Assembly: GCF_964355755.1 (NCBI RefSeq)
Contig: NC_092674.1
Location: 5,704,001-5,768,000 of the forward strand
Source: Antedon mediterranea
Taxonomy: Eukaryota; Animalia; Echinodermata
Reading direction: 5' to 3'
DNA: 64,000 bases
Shown here: one piece after another, positions 40,266 to 53,400 of the stretch
Numbering within the stretch: position 1 is the stretch's first letter
Layout of the letters: every line of letters starts with the position of its first letter
Notes under the pieces: model-generated
Seen by the model: only the letters and a program-made list of their open reading frames with translations
Told to the model about the DNA's origin: nothing
The model's database searches: none
Program-made: the position numbers and the translations under genes

Positions 40266-41996
40266 ATTGTTGCTGCTAATTTGCTGGAACACTATGCAAT
40301 GATTATAGTTGAGCTATCTTGAATGCAGTATCTGTGCTCTGGTGTGGACCAGGACTACTTTGACATATCATGTGTGTTATCACATACAGTATCTGTTGTT
40401 GTGTACTACTGTATTGTACTATCTTCCGTTGTGAACTAGAGTCATTATTGTTGCATACACTCTATACAGTACAATTTAAGGTACATTTTAGAAATCTTCT
40501 TCTTTTCATTTATTTTTTAATTAAATATTTGCTAGTTTAAGTAATTTCTTCCCAATTAGAAAAATGGTAACCTGTAGTAAATTCATACATTTAATATTCA
40601 GTAGCAACCAATGCTACCTTATTTGATAAGCAGTAGAATCTTTTGTATGTTGAAATGGTTGCATAGCAGAGAAAAAAATCTTTTTTTTTTAATTCCCAGA
40701 CAATTGGTGATGAAATCCAGACACTCCATGCTTAGAAATTTGGTTAACCATTTCTTAAAATCAAATTCATATTCATAGATTGTGGCCCATATTACAAAAA
40801 AAACCTATACCTTTGAAATTTCAGTTTCTTATTAAGTCTGACAGACGTCCAATCTTGGATCTAACCAGGTAACTTCCCCTGGGATGTGTTTATAAAAACT
40901 AAACTTCTGGAACGACAAATTTGTAACCAAGTTTTGTAAAGTCCAAAATTAAGAATTAAGTTTCCTCAAAGGGGACATGATCAGAGACCATCATCCAAAT
41001 GTTTCAAAGATAAAATAATTTGAAACCTAGCCCCCTTAGGGTGTTCTGCCCCAGCTGCTTAGATTGTGTTATCCAGAGAAGGATATGCTTGATGACACAT
41101 TGTTCCGTTCTTACAACAACCAGCATTTAAGCAACTCTTTTCATTTTTTTATCTTTCATTTCATCTAATCGTTTTACTATGTTTGGTAAAATAAAGCTTT
41201 TTATCCTGGGGGAACCGTACTTTAACTGTGTTTTGATAAGCTATTGCTAGGATACTATGCAGACATGTTTTTTAAGTGCAAGTTCTTTATGTAATTTGAC
41301 AAGAAAACATAATTCTGTATTGTTACATCATACACTGTACTGTATATACCTACGAAATGGACAGTATTCACAATGGCCATCTCAACCTCATACTGTTACT
41401 AGGCCTACAGTAGTTTTAACAAGATTTAGATATCCTGCCCGAAATAGTCTTTCATCAGCGTCCCATTAGCAATTACGGTACCGTAGTGTACCTATTTTGA
41501 AGTCTACAGTTTCATGACCTAATTTCAGAGGTACAAGGGAGGCTTCTGAACATCTGTCTCAACATACATCAAAACAAACTAAACATCCTAAAGTTGAGCA
41601 ATCGGCGACATTGGCGTCACAATCGATGTTGTCCTGTTACCTAAAAAGGATATGACATGGGACACATGTTTAACGAACTGATCTGGTATTTATCTGACAA
41701 TTATTAGCACTTCTTGAGCAATTATTCTGTTTTTTCTGACAATTAAATTCACTTAGTTTTAGACTTTTCTCATGGGAAGACTTTAACTGTTGATGACAAT
41801 ATAATTGGCACTGATGAAAAGTACAGTTAAAATATCAGAGAGTTCATGTGTATGTACCTCTGAATTTTATATTTTATCTATATTATCCTGTCTGGGTCTA
41901 ATTTTATTACAGGACTACTGTACTGTACCCTTTAATTTAAAGCCTCTCCACTAAAACTTTCCTCCAATCGCCAACTACAGTAGTACAGTACTGTAG
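40266..41996. repeat. Tandem duplication, unit 2 (1731 bp)
   Basis: Same as unit 1 plus an extra segment at 41718-41876; att microhomology at the unit boundaries. Confidence 0.96.
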
Positions 41997-44208
41997 ATTC
42001 TATTTGATTTTCAATAGCTTGTTTTTTTTTATTTTTTCTTTCTTACAATTAAACAGTTGACATTTCTTACAGGATAAAACATTTTTTTTCTTGCCTAAAA
42101 AATCCAACTAATAGTAATAGAGTATTTAAAGTTGTATTATCCTTTTTGAAAAAATAAGTAAAAACAAAACAATTTGTTGAATAGGCCATTTTAATATCAC
42201 ATAAAAGTGGGGGAAAAAATAATTTAAAGTAAAAATTAATCAAAAATTTAATTAATACTGCACCAATTTGTTTTGTTTGACTCTTTTGATCTACAGTACC
42301 ATTTATACACAGATTACCATATGGTATATTCTATTTATTTAAGTTAAATGTAATTGCTCAAAGTGCTCTACTCAATATAAGTATCCTAATGATATTAAAC
42401 AGTACTTGAGAAACTACTACTTTATCACTCATAAAACACTTGCAAATTATTTAATTCAAATGACAACTAAAAGGTCATGGAAGTAAAGCTATAAGTACTG
42501 TATTTTACCCTATTTCAAAGTCTTCTGTTCTTTGTTAAAAACTGGTTGATTTTTTTGTAACCTGATACAATTCACCTGTTGTTATGTGTGATATTAATTA
42601 AAACATAACGAAAATCCACCAGAATATCCAGTCCATCTCGGTACAAACTCGGTACCAATAGTGAATTGATTTCCGTTTAAGGTCAATCAACTACCTCAGC
42701 CCCTTCCTGATAGTTGTGTATAGCCCCCTCGAGACCCTTGATATTCTCCAATATTTTAGTACAAAGTTGCTTGACAACCTCCTAGCTATAGTTCATGACT
42801 GATAGTATTTTACTTCATGGTTCAGTGACTATTCAGTCATATGATATGGGAATGGCTTAACTGAATCCAGATTTTGTTCATGAAATATAGTTTTAATGGA
42901 AGAACACTTCATTCCCTAGAGAAACTTTTATGAGGGCAGTCTACAGAGATAATAACTTTCACGTTGGACATTACTTACCTGGATTTTACTGTACAATGTT
43001 GATGCATCGTCAATTTTGTGAAATGGAAAATTTGGTATGTACAGTAATACTGTAAACATTACCTGTTTACTATTCAGACATGATGTACAAGATAAGATAG
43101 GAATGTACAGTATAAATAGTTTACATGAAAAATCATAATATTTAGATACTTTTGTACATTACTGCTGTACATTGTAGGAGATTGTACTTTATTGTACAAT
43201 AATCTTATGGATTAAATTCTTTCAGTAGATTTAATATTTGATTTAATATTTGATATCTTAAATATGTCATTTTTATTATATTTTGCATTATAGTTTTAAT
43301 GTGTTTTTCTGATCTACAATGTATTATTTGTACTGACATCTAGCTACAGTACATCTGTTTTGTTTTGTTCTTTTTATCCACAATTAAATTAGACAATACA
43401 TTATATTCCTTTACTGTCAGTTTCCAACTTCCTGCCACTAAATTCATAATAAAAATGTAAATTATCAGGTGCCCCGATCATAAATTTCAATCAATATTAA
43501 TTGAAAAATATGCGTTTATGTGTTAAGAAAGGGGATTGTAAAATTAAATTGACTATTCAACATGCATTAGAAGGATATTTATCTTCATTTGCTTCGCTAT
43601 TTTTAAGTCACGAGACAAAGGACTAAGAATTGGTAACGACTACTCCTGGGGTCCCAAAGGTGTCCTATGTTATCTCAGCACTTAGCGTAGGAAGTATGTT
43701 CGTGCGTATGCGCACATTTTCTGTTCGTTTTGTACCATATAAAGCACGAAAAATCACCAAAATAATGTGTCCGGAGAGAGGATGTTCATTATGAAGATGA
43801 AGATTGATGGGAATTTTACATGCTGCCTAACAATTTGACCGGCACGTGCTATTAAGACTCGTAATTCTTAGTGGTACTCAAGCAAGTAATGACTTGCGTT
43901 GTTTTGCAGCATTTAAGCACAGGTTTTAAAATGTTCTTCTGTAGAAAAAAATTTACATCGATAATGACCATGTTTTCATTTGCCAGTAGCTGTGTAGTCA
44001 ACTTATTTCACTATTAAACTGATTTAATGAATATAAAGTAGCTAATACAGTACAAAAAATGTTTACCAGTTAACAGGCTGAAAAATGAATGTCATCATCA
44101 CAGTTATAATGAGTAAAAGTGGGTGGTTTACCTAACCTAAATTTCTTTTGAATAGTTTTATAACAAATAACAAACTATACACTTGAAACCTTCTCTTTCT
44201 GTCTTTAA

Positions 44209-44311
44209 AACTCTGTCTATCAAACTAGTCTAGTGTGATGTGCTCAAATATGGTAGTAATATGACATCATCATCACATTTTTTGTCACATAATGATAGTA
44301 TAGACAGAGCT
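44209..44311 (+). mobile_element. MITE family A, copy 7 (internally deleted)
   Basis: taa|aactctgtctatcaaacta ... tagacagagct|taa, with TAA TSD. Confidence 0.88.
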
Positions 44312-45979
44312 TAAATGTTTACAGTATTACAGGAACTTTTGTGAGACCGGGTCATGTGTAGGACTTAGCCTAACCCTTAAACTAACCTCCTATGATACAT
44401 AACAGGCCCATATGATACATAATGTGACACTGTATTGCAGAAGTTGCCTATTCTATGATACAGGACATCCAATCTCAATTTATTAGCTTTTATTCTCTAT
44501 GTTTTTATACTGATTATAATCTACTTTCAAGTAATTTATATCTCACAAAAGTGTGTGCTTATACTGTACGTGAAATTTACGATGACGCATTGATTTTAAT
44601 TTCAGTCATGCTTTTCGAATTGTTTCATGCAAGTCTAAATGAAACTTGAAACCTGATATTTGAAACGCCATAAAATTAGTTGATCAGAATTGACAATGAG
44701 ATCCAATCAGAACGAACAATGGTAGAACTCGTATACAACAAATTCTGAATTGCTATTGCAACCTAAGCTAACCTAACAAACACATTATTCAAGAATGAAT
44801 TGATCAGGTCGAACTGTTGCAATTAAATTTATACTTTATATAAAGGATTATACATGCCTTAAAGGTGAACCTGCTTTATGACAGTTCTAACCTGACCAGA
44901 CGTTCAATACTGTAGTTTATTACAAAAAATTCTCAACACTTTAGCTGTTCTGTATCAAATCCATAATAGTGAATCTCATATCAGTAGTGTGAAGAATAAT
45001 TGACACAATTTTATGAAAAATGTTACATTAATTTTCCCTTATATTCATATACAACTTTGGGCCTGTGTATGAGATATCCAGTTTCACAGAGTACAGAGCT
45101 TTTATTGCTGTTCTTCAATATATTGGCTTTCTTTATAGTAGTTCTCAGTATTGTATTATACTGATTTGCATACAGTACATATCACCTGCCTATGCTAATT
45201 TTAATGTTACTCCTAAGGGTTAAGTCAATAAATATCAAAACGTTGAATCCTTCCATTTATAATGTTACTTTTTGTTGTTTTTTTCTAATTCTTTTTTCCT
45301 GAGTAATACATGTTATTACTGAATGCAGACTACTTGTTTTTCATCATGTGCTTTCGTTTTTCATTAGTATCTCGCTATTGATTATTATATTTTTTTTTTC
45401 CTTCAAGAGAATTGCTTTCTGTTCTTGTAATGCTGCCGCGTTCTTTGAAATCTCATTGCCATAACGACTACAAATTGTTTGCATAATAAATTTGCCGCTA
45501 ATGTCTTTCTCTCCCCTTATGTATAATCTGACTTTGGTTCACATAAATCTTATCAACCAATAGATACAAAAATATATACGATGACATTTCAATGAGAGAA
45601 TTTTCTGATCCTTATTTATTTTCTTTCATGTTAACCCTTTCTCTTATACATCTCAAGAATGTTGATGCTTATTTTTTCCCCATCAACTATGAGAGATGAT
45701 GTTCTTATTACATACCAAGTTTGAAAGAGGAGATTTAGTTTGAGACACCTTGTCGCAAAAGATCTCAACATACATTAAATAATAAATTGAGAATCTTTCC
45801 CTAAAGAATCTATGTTTTACTTTTGTCAATCTAAGGAGCATAAAACCTAAAATCATATAAATTTGCATTGGGGCATAGCTAAAAAAATATGTTTTCATTT
45901 CTAAAATTTCAATACTACAATTATAGTGTGGTAACTTTCCTTAAACCAGAATTTTCTCACGATTGTATTAAAAAAAAGA

Positions 45980-46136
45980 CATGCACAGATTTAGGTGGGG
46001 GCTAAACAGACTTTAGTACCCCCTAAAATTTAACAAAATTAATGACTGTTTTTATTTTTCTGCAACCCGACGGATTGTTTTTATTATTTATGAAATATTT
46101 AGCCCTGCCTAATCTATAATGCTGGATCCACGCATG
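45980..46136. mobile_element. Possible decayed hAT-like MITE
   Basis: catgcacagat.. versus ..ggatccacgcatg imperfect TIRs; gggggcta / tagccc subterminal motifs; no TSD seen. Confidence 0.4.
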
Positions 46137-46155
46137 CAGGGGGAAAATAACACTG

Positions 46156-46357
46156 CAGTCAACCCACTTTCAGAGGACACCTATTAAATGAATCAAATAA
46201 AGAAAGACTTACAAGGACTAGTAATAACAAACCATCCTGCCATAAACAGAAAAAAATGGAAACAAATTGTGGAAAGCGTAATGTCGGAAGACGAAAAACG
46301 TTAACAACAACTATTAAATGAACACTTTAAAGTGTCCCCTTAATGGAGGTTTTACTG
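46156..46357. mobile_element. pogo/Tigger-like MITE interrupted by a LINE fragment
   Basis: cagtcaaccc..gaggacac left end and gtgtccccttaatggaggttttactg|ta right end. Confidence 0.65.
46193..46310 (+). mobile_element. 5'-truncated RTE-clade LINE 3' end
   Basis: 12-bp TSD ctattaaatgaa at 46181-46192 and 46311-46322. Open frame QIKKDLQGLVITNHPAINRKKWKQIVESVMSEDEKR* fits the RTE C-terminal I..DL...A.(D/N)R..W pattern, followed by a (CAA) tail. Confidence 0.8.
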
Positions 46358-46697
46358 TATTTAGGTTAGGTTAATGAATGTACTTAGTTAATTTGTTGAG
46401 ATTGCCTGTACAATGTAAATGTTTCTTCCATAGTTAATCAGATCAAGTATGAAAAACAGTAGATTCTTATTGTGACATCACCAATTCAAAGAATTTATTG
46501 CAAGTAATTGTCTGTAACGTCACTAAACTGCTTTGGCTTTATTTCATTAATGTGTTCATTTGAAAAGCTTTTAAAGAAATTTGTTCACAATCTCAGATGA
46601 AACTAAATCTTAGTATCAAATGGCAAGGTTAACATTACAATCCTGACAGAGTACATTTTAACATCCTTAATGTGTTATACAACAAGATTATGTTCAT

Positions 46698-46900
46698 TCA
46701 ATCCCATGTTCAAGTTTAATCCTAATTTGAAAGTTAATCCACAGTTTTATGGATATATAATAAGCTTAATCCCAGGTTTAAGTTTAATCCTACATAGTGT
46801 ATTTAAGGTTTATCTATGCAAAGTTAATCCCATATCTTTATCTCATGTGTGAAATATGGTTAATCCCATTATAAATCCTATAATCTAGCTTAATCCCACA
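46698..46900 (+). repeat. Degenerate array containing seven TAATCC motifs
   Basis: TAATCC at 46717, 46735, 46767, 46785, 46825, 46861 and 46891, all on the same strand. Confidence 0.85.
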
Positions 46901-48362
46901 TCGACTAATACCATTATCTATTTTATTTATGTAAACAGTTGGAAATCTAAACTTCATTATATAATTAAACTGACCAGAACACTACATCCCTTATGAATCC
47001 ATTCCATTATGATATTTAAATTTGTATCCCATAAAAGGTTCTTTTTGACCTATTATTTGAAAGTAGGTCAATAGGGATGACTATTTTATTTTGAAAACTC
47101 TATTAAATGCTTTTTGGACTTATTGCTGTTTGGAGTTATATGTTATATTCTTGTGTACAGTAACATTGAGTGACAGTATTTATATAAAGAGGATAGTTAA
47201 TGTTATATTCATAAAAATGTAATGTGTTTTGATCTAAATAATTTCTGAGATACTTTGTTAAGATATTGTTTGTTTAACAGAGTTTTAAGTAGTATAATAT
47301 TTGCTAACAAACCCCACTAACCTCAGTGGATCAATAGTCTAACAGCTTTAGGAATAGCAGCCATATCAATTTGACAGTAGGTTTACAAATCAAAGACCAA
47401 TACAATCAATCTAATACTCCCATTGGGAATAAGTTCATTCTGGGGTAGATTGACTTTAGATCAATTGTTAGGTTTTCAACGAGATTGATAGAAGATTTAA
47501 TTCTTTGTACACTGGGCTCGGCTAATTTTTGAGTGATTTAAAAACCGGGTAATGTTTGTTGAATCTTGCACCTTTTCCTGTCAATCAATATCACACTTTA
47601 TTGGTTGTTTGACAGGTTAGGTGTGAAGATGTTCATCAAAGTATGGTATTATAATAAATACATGTTTTCAATTGTTTACCAATGCAATAGCACAGGTTAA
47701 AATGTTTATGAAAGTATACTGATCCATTCAAGCCATACAAATAAGCATTTTAGCTTGTTTGTATCCTTAATCATAAAAGATTAAAACAAAGGCATGTGTA
47801 TTCTATGAAAATATCATTAAAAAAAACAAGTTTATTGCTGCATATTGTACACAGTACTACATACCAGTTGGCAGAAGTGAGCTTCCTTGATACCAGCACA
47901 TTAATATGTCATTATGTTCTGTGTTCATTGTTTAGTACTGTATGTTGAAATAACAGCCTTGTCTGCCCTTTGATAAACAGTAGACACAGTCACCTTATAC
48001 AAAGACTTTTATTGTTATACACGCCCAAGTAAATTGTAAGAAATTCTTTACAATCGCTTAACATTATCCACATTGTTAATTTTTTATAATTAACTGATTT
48101 GTTAATAGAACGTCGTAAATCAAAATCTTTTTTTATTTGATAAATGAAATTTAAATCAATTGATTTTTACATGAGTTTGTAATTGATTTATCCATAAGCA
48201 GAAAATATTTTCAATATTATTATTATTGGCTATTCAAATACAGTACTACAATATATTGCTTCAGCATTATTCATCTTTTTCTTCATTTATTTATTAAAAT
48301 ACTTTTGATGAATAAATATATACGTCTCTTCTCTTTCTATTTTATTGTATTACTTACACCAG

Positions 48363-48377
48363 GATAACTTTGGAATG
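48363..48377 (+). other. Candidate 15-nt microexon
   Basis: Long pyrimidine tract tctcttctctttctatttt...ttacaccag|gataactttggaatg|gtaagt, with a perfect intronic donor consensus. Confidence 0.45.
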
Positions 48378-49453
48378 GTAAGTTAAATTGTCTTTTTGTG
48401 GTCTAGACGAGGCGTCCTGATCTCTTTATTGTTGTCAATTTTATAAATGTATCTATTGTTTGTATGAGTCAGTATCTATAGTATTGTGATTTTATATTTG
48501 GTGGCAGTGTTTGCTGAAGGCGTTTAGTGACTACCCAAATAGTAAAATTAACTCTTTTCAGTAAATCCTCATCCATCTTGTTGTGTGACATCACCCGCAG
48601 GGGTTTTTCTCCTTTTAAACGATCCTGACAGTATATTTTTCAATGCCACTTTTAAGTTTAAATTTATTTTAACATTGGCTTAAATTAAAAAATGTAATAC
48701 TAGCTAGTCTAAATTAATTCTTCTTGATATTTAATTTCTTTTCGTTGTTACAACTGTAATTGTTTGGAATTAATATGTTATTTTATTTACTATTAAATTT
48801 ATTTTAAACATACCTGATCTGTCTAAATTATTTAAAAAATATATTGCATTTTGATTAATAAGCCCAATTATTTTATTGTACTCTATTTATTGAAAATTTT
48901 TATTTCGGATAAATTATCAGCATCATATTTGGATTAAATAAAAACATTTTTAGTGATTTTTAGGGAAAAATTGATTACTAGTATTAGATAGTGGTTATTT
49001 ACTGGCCTTTAATTTCTTATACAGTACTGTGTATTAACCCAGGCTCCTTCTTGTGAAATTATCAAAGATAAATATATGTTTTGACAACACGGCCAACCCA
49101 CTGTTTTACTGGAACACTTTGTTAGGTCCCGAAGTTATGCCTTTACAGTACTATATATTATTGGTAATAAATGATTAATATCCATTTTTAGACTATTGAA
49201 TAGATTAAAGAATTCTGGCACACGATACTAACAAAAGACAATTGTTAAAATCTCTCAAGCATTAAAAACTAAATATTTGCTAAATAATATTTTTCTATTA
49301 ATCATATGATGATTACCCGTGGAACGTCAATTTTGTTTAAATGGATTTTCCTTCAAAATCCTAACAATACTTGGAATTGAATTGTGCATGTTGTTGTTTG
49401 ATGTCAGGACTACTGTATAGTAGGAAAGTTTACAAACATTTGTAAGTTTGAAA

Positions 49454-49641
49454 TTGTATTGATATGTCTTGTTAAAAATGTTTTACAGTTAACATTTACT
49501 AATACTGTACAATTATTTTTTGTTTTTTTTTATTCCAATGCAATGCTAGTATTTGGTATATTGGTTGGTTTGTTTCAAAGACTTGTATTGATATGTCTTG
49601 TTAAAATGTTTATGTACAGTAACATTTACTAATACTGTACA
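49454..49641. repeat. Local ~58-bp direct duplication (49454-49511 and 49583-49641)
   Basis: ttgtattgatatgtcttgttaaaa...aacatttactaatactgtaca occurs twice with small indels. Confidence 0.85.
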
Positions 49642-50039
49642 CTTATAAAAAATTACGTTCTACAATTAAAGCATCTAGAAAAAGCAACCAACTACACACA
49701 TTTTCAATATAAAATATTTACAAAAATAAATATTGAGATAATTTAATAATTTCCAAGATATTATTATGCAGTTTTTGCTCTATTTAAAGAATACTGTATA
49801 ACAAATACACTGCGAGATTGAAATTATTAGATAGCCTGCAACATTTACATGTTCCAAAGAAATTTGTTACAATTAACTTGGATAATATAGTATATTGCCT
49901 AGAGTCTTCATTTATCAAATGTGTTAATAAAACACAAGAATTGTAGTATTTTACAGTAAAATCCATAAATTTCTATGATTTCGTTTTGTGTTGTAGTAAC
50001 TGTGGCAGCGAATTCCAAGTTGCGTTCTGAAGTCGCTTC

Positions 50040-50259
50040 ATGGCAGCTAGAGCCTCAAAGTCTAAACGCACTGTGAGACGTCATCGAAGAGAGCGTTTAG
50101 CTCGATCGCGATGTAGTAATTCTTCCTTGGAACACGAAATAGGAGAAGATTATCTAGTTCCAGGGTATAGTTCTAATGAAACACTCAAAGCTTATGAAAA
50201 AGAAGTTCTGGGTGGTTTGAACACACTTAGCCCTACAGAGGAAACAGAAACAAATACAG
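50040..50259 (+). CDS. First coding exon of an unidentified protein (exon 49997-50259)
   Basis: Acceptor ttttgtgttgtag at 49996; in-frame TGA at 50028 upstream of the ATG; 73 codons of hydrophilic, protein-like sequence (MAARASKSKRTVRRHRRER...); donor CAG|gtatgt in phase 1, matching the next exon. Confidence 0.72.
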
Positions 50260-50283
50260 GTATGTAGCCATATGTTTAGCCTA

Positions 50284-50460
50284 AGCTCTGTCTACACTTA
50301 TCAAACCAGTTTGACAATGTGATGTGGCCAAATATGGTAGTGATATCCTCAAATATGGTAGTGATATCCCCAAATATGGTAGTGATATGACATCATGATG
50401 TCCATATATGGGCACACCACATTATTTTGTCAAATAAAGTTTGACAGTGTAGACAGAGCT
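50284..50460 (+). mobile_element. MITE family A, copy 8
   Basis: agctctgtctacact ... agtgtagacagagct|tta, with three internal 21-bp units; lies ~25 bp after the splice donor. Confidence 0.92.
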
Positions 50461-53400
50461 TTAGTTTAAGGGTCATTTGCCTGGGTGCACTGAACGTCAT
50501 GCTAATAATTGCATATATGCACAAATCTGAATTTCAAAAGGAGAGCAAGGACCATCCTTCATCTGTCTTAATAAAAATTTACCATGAAAGGAAGTAGGGA
50601 AATATGTTTTAACACTACATCCTACCCCTATTAAGGGTCTACTGAAGTATCCCATTAAAGACATTCAATGTATATACTGTAGTGTTTAACATTGTGGGAA
50701 TGTTTTTATTTTACCCTTCAAAATTATGATTCATTCTGATATTCTGTCAATAAAAAAATACAATTATTCACTTTTTGTTCTCATGGGTGTGTTGAAAAAT
50801 TATTTCATAAATAGAAAATTATCTATAACTTGCATATTTTCAATTTGTAAAATTATGAATGACAGCCGCACATGTGACACTTGTTTCTGTTGTGTGAATT
50901 ACACTAATAGTGCGGCATTTACACGTGTAACATCGGTGCATAACCTCTGCTAGTCAAAATGTTAAAATTGAATTTTAGAATTTTTTGCACAATAATTATG
51001 ACTTGAGCTTTCTTTTTTGGTTTTTCTTCAAGACCAGAAGTGACATTGTGTACACATGTATATGTACAGTATGAGAAGTACCAAATGTCGAGAGTGTGAA
51101 AATAACAAATTTAATTATCAAATTGATGGCCAATTTTACCCTTTTGTAAGGTCAGGTTCAAACAAATTAACAGAGTAAAAATTATGAAATTGCGGCCTAC
51201 TGTCAAACACTGATAACAAAGTTGTCACCCTTATTATTAGAAGAAGAATCATTAGTTTAATGACATGTTCTTTTATACTTATCAATTTTAAACTGGAAAA
51301 AATATTAAAAATCTAATTTCAACCTGTTGTACAATCTATAGTAAAGTTTCATAAAAACGTTTATCATTGATAAAAATATTTAAAATTCAGCAAACTTTCA
51401 TAAACATATGATACTAATAAAACAACAACAGTAAGTTTGACAATTTATTTTAATTATAATTTCCAACATTTCTTGAAATGTAACTTTAATATTCAGTTCA
51501 ATACTACAGATTCATATACTGTATTACTACTAATAACTGAAAATTGATTATAACTGACATATTGTCTATATGTATTTTATATTGGTCTGTGGTTGTGATA
51601 TTAGCATGTCAAATATTTTTACTCATCAAACTATTTTATTGAGTGACAGATATTTTCTTGTCTTTAGTTGTCAGTAGTCAGAATTATTTATAACTTTTAT
51701 CAGCCAACAAACTTTTATAATTGAAAACGGACATATTTTTTACATTTTTTTCATATCTGTAAGTTAATGGTTTTGTTACGAGGCATAAAATCTTGTGCTT
51801 TAAAATATTGTGAACATTCGTCCTATTTTCAGAAGACACAACTGATTATTATTTTGATTTCAAGCTCTGCAGAATACTGACATATCGATATTTAGTTTTA
51901 AATAATTCATTAGAGAACTCCTATTCCAATTTCTCTCGTTTAGGAAATTTGCAATAGATGAAATAATAACAGAATAAAGGTGCCTTAGTATATTTGTCTT
52001 ATATATCTGTTATTTTATCCTCGATTCGGAAACACACACTTTAGAAAATCGACACTTCAAACACTACAACCGCTCTTGTGACGTTGTTTTGAGAAACAAC
52101 ATTGAACAACGACTCGATTGAAGACAACCCAGATGTGGTTACTTGTTATTTGCAAATGCTGCAAACATATCCATTACTTCTTCTGTTTCATTAGTTATTC
52201 TGAAATGAGGAGGCGATACTTTTCACCAGTGTTTCGCATCGGTTGAAAATGTTTACGATTTTCTTGCTTTAACACTTTACTTTAAAGAATGTTTTTCCAA
52301 TGAGGAATTCCAACGGACCAAGTCAACGGTGAGATAATTTATTCATGGTCCTGGACAACTATTTTAAAATAACATCCTTCTAGACAATTAACCTGAGGCG
52401 GGATTTTTTATGAATGGCGTTGGTGAGACGGTTTGGTCGCCATGAGAAACTAGAAACTAGAAATGTTTGAATTTGGTCTTGTATTTATTCACCCTAAATA
52501 ATCTGTTTGCAAATTCTTGTTAAGAGTGTGTATGCCCCAAAGAAAACATGGTATTTATTCATTAGAGAATCATAATCAATTAGGATACATGAGATTTACA
52601 TTCCACTTCAATAACCGATAAACAAATTTGACCCATTTTTTATGAAATATGATTCCAACTGCAGCATAGAAAAACTTTAGCTTTGTATTTCTTTTCTTTA
52701 AGTGTCATGCAGAAGTATTTTAGTTACAATACATTGTAGAATTGCTTACGGTATGTCACTTTATGTGACCATTTCAAATCTTTTATGTCTAGTCAGTACA
52801 TTACTCATATACCCCCCTTCCCCAATCAGATAAAGAGAGTTTTATTTTTGGTAATACAAAATATTAATCTGTGTATAAGCCCAATATATACCGTTCATTA
52901 TAGGGACTATGTTTAGGCAATTTAACCTTTAACCTTTGTCTACTGTTCCAAAACTAAAGCTCACTAATATCTGGATAAGCAAGGTAAGGGGGAAAGGTTT
53001 GAAATTAGTTAGGGAGGGCAGTATACAGTATCGCAATTTCTCCAAGAGTTCTCAGTCATTTCTATATTTTACATCAATAAAATATCTAGGCTATTAGAAT
53101 GGTCAAAGCAGACATACCAATTAACAACTAGCAGTAATAATTAGTAACTTGTCAGTCAATCTATTTAGATTTGTTTTCACTCTCCATGACAGAAATTTAA
53201 TTGGGCTCCTTGAATTATGTTGATTAAATTCAATTGATTTAATTTAATCCCCCTTAAGGGATTTGGTTATTTGTTCACTTTTAATCTTGTCGCTAGTTTA
53301 GTAAACCGGAAACAAGTGGCTATAAGATTTACCAAATTGAAGGACAACATTTAGAAAACAATTTATACCAATAAGAATATAATTAGAAAGAAATTACCAA

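Noticed and set aside
39685-41469. Two identical 70-aa ORFs suggesting a gene pair
   Set aside because: They are a by-product of the tandem duplication and the peptide is not protein-like.
50329-50388. CRISPR-like direct repeats
   Set aside because: The 21-bp units are head-to-tail without unique spacers, lie inside a MITE, and there are no cas genes in this eukaryotic context.
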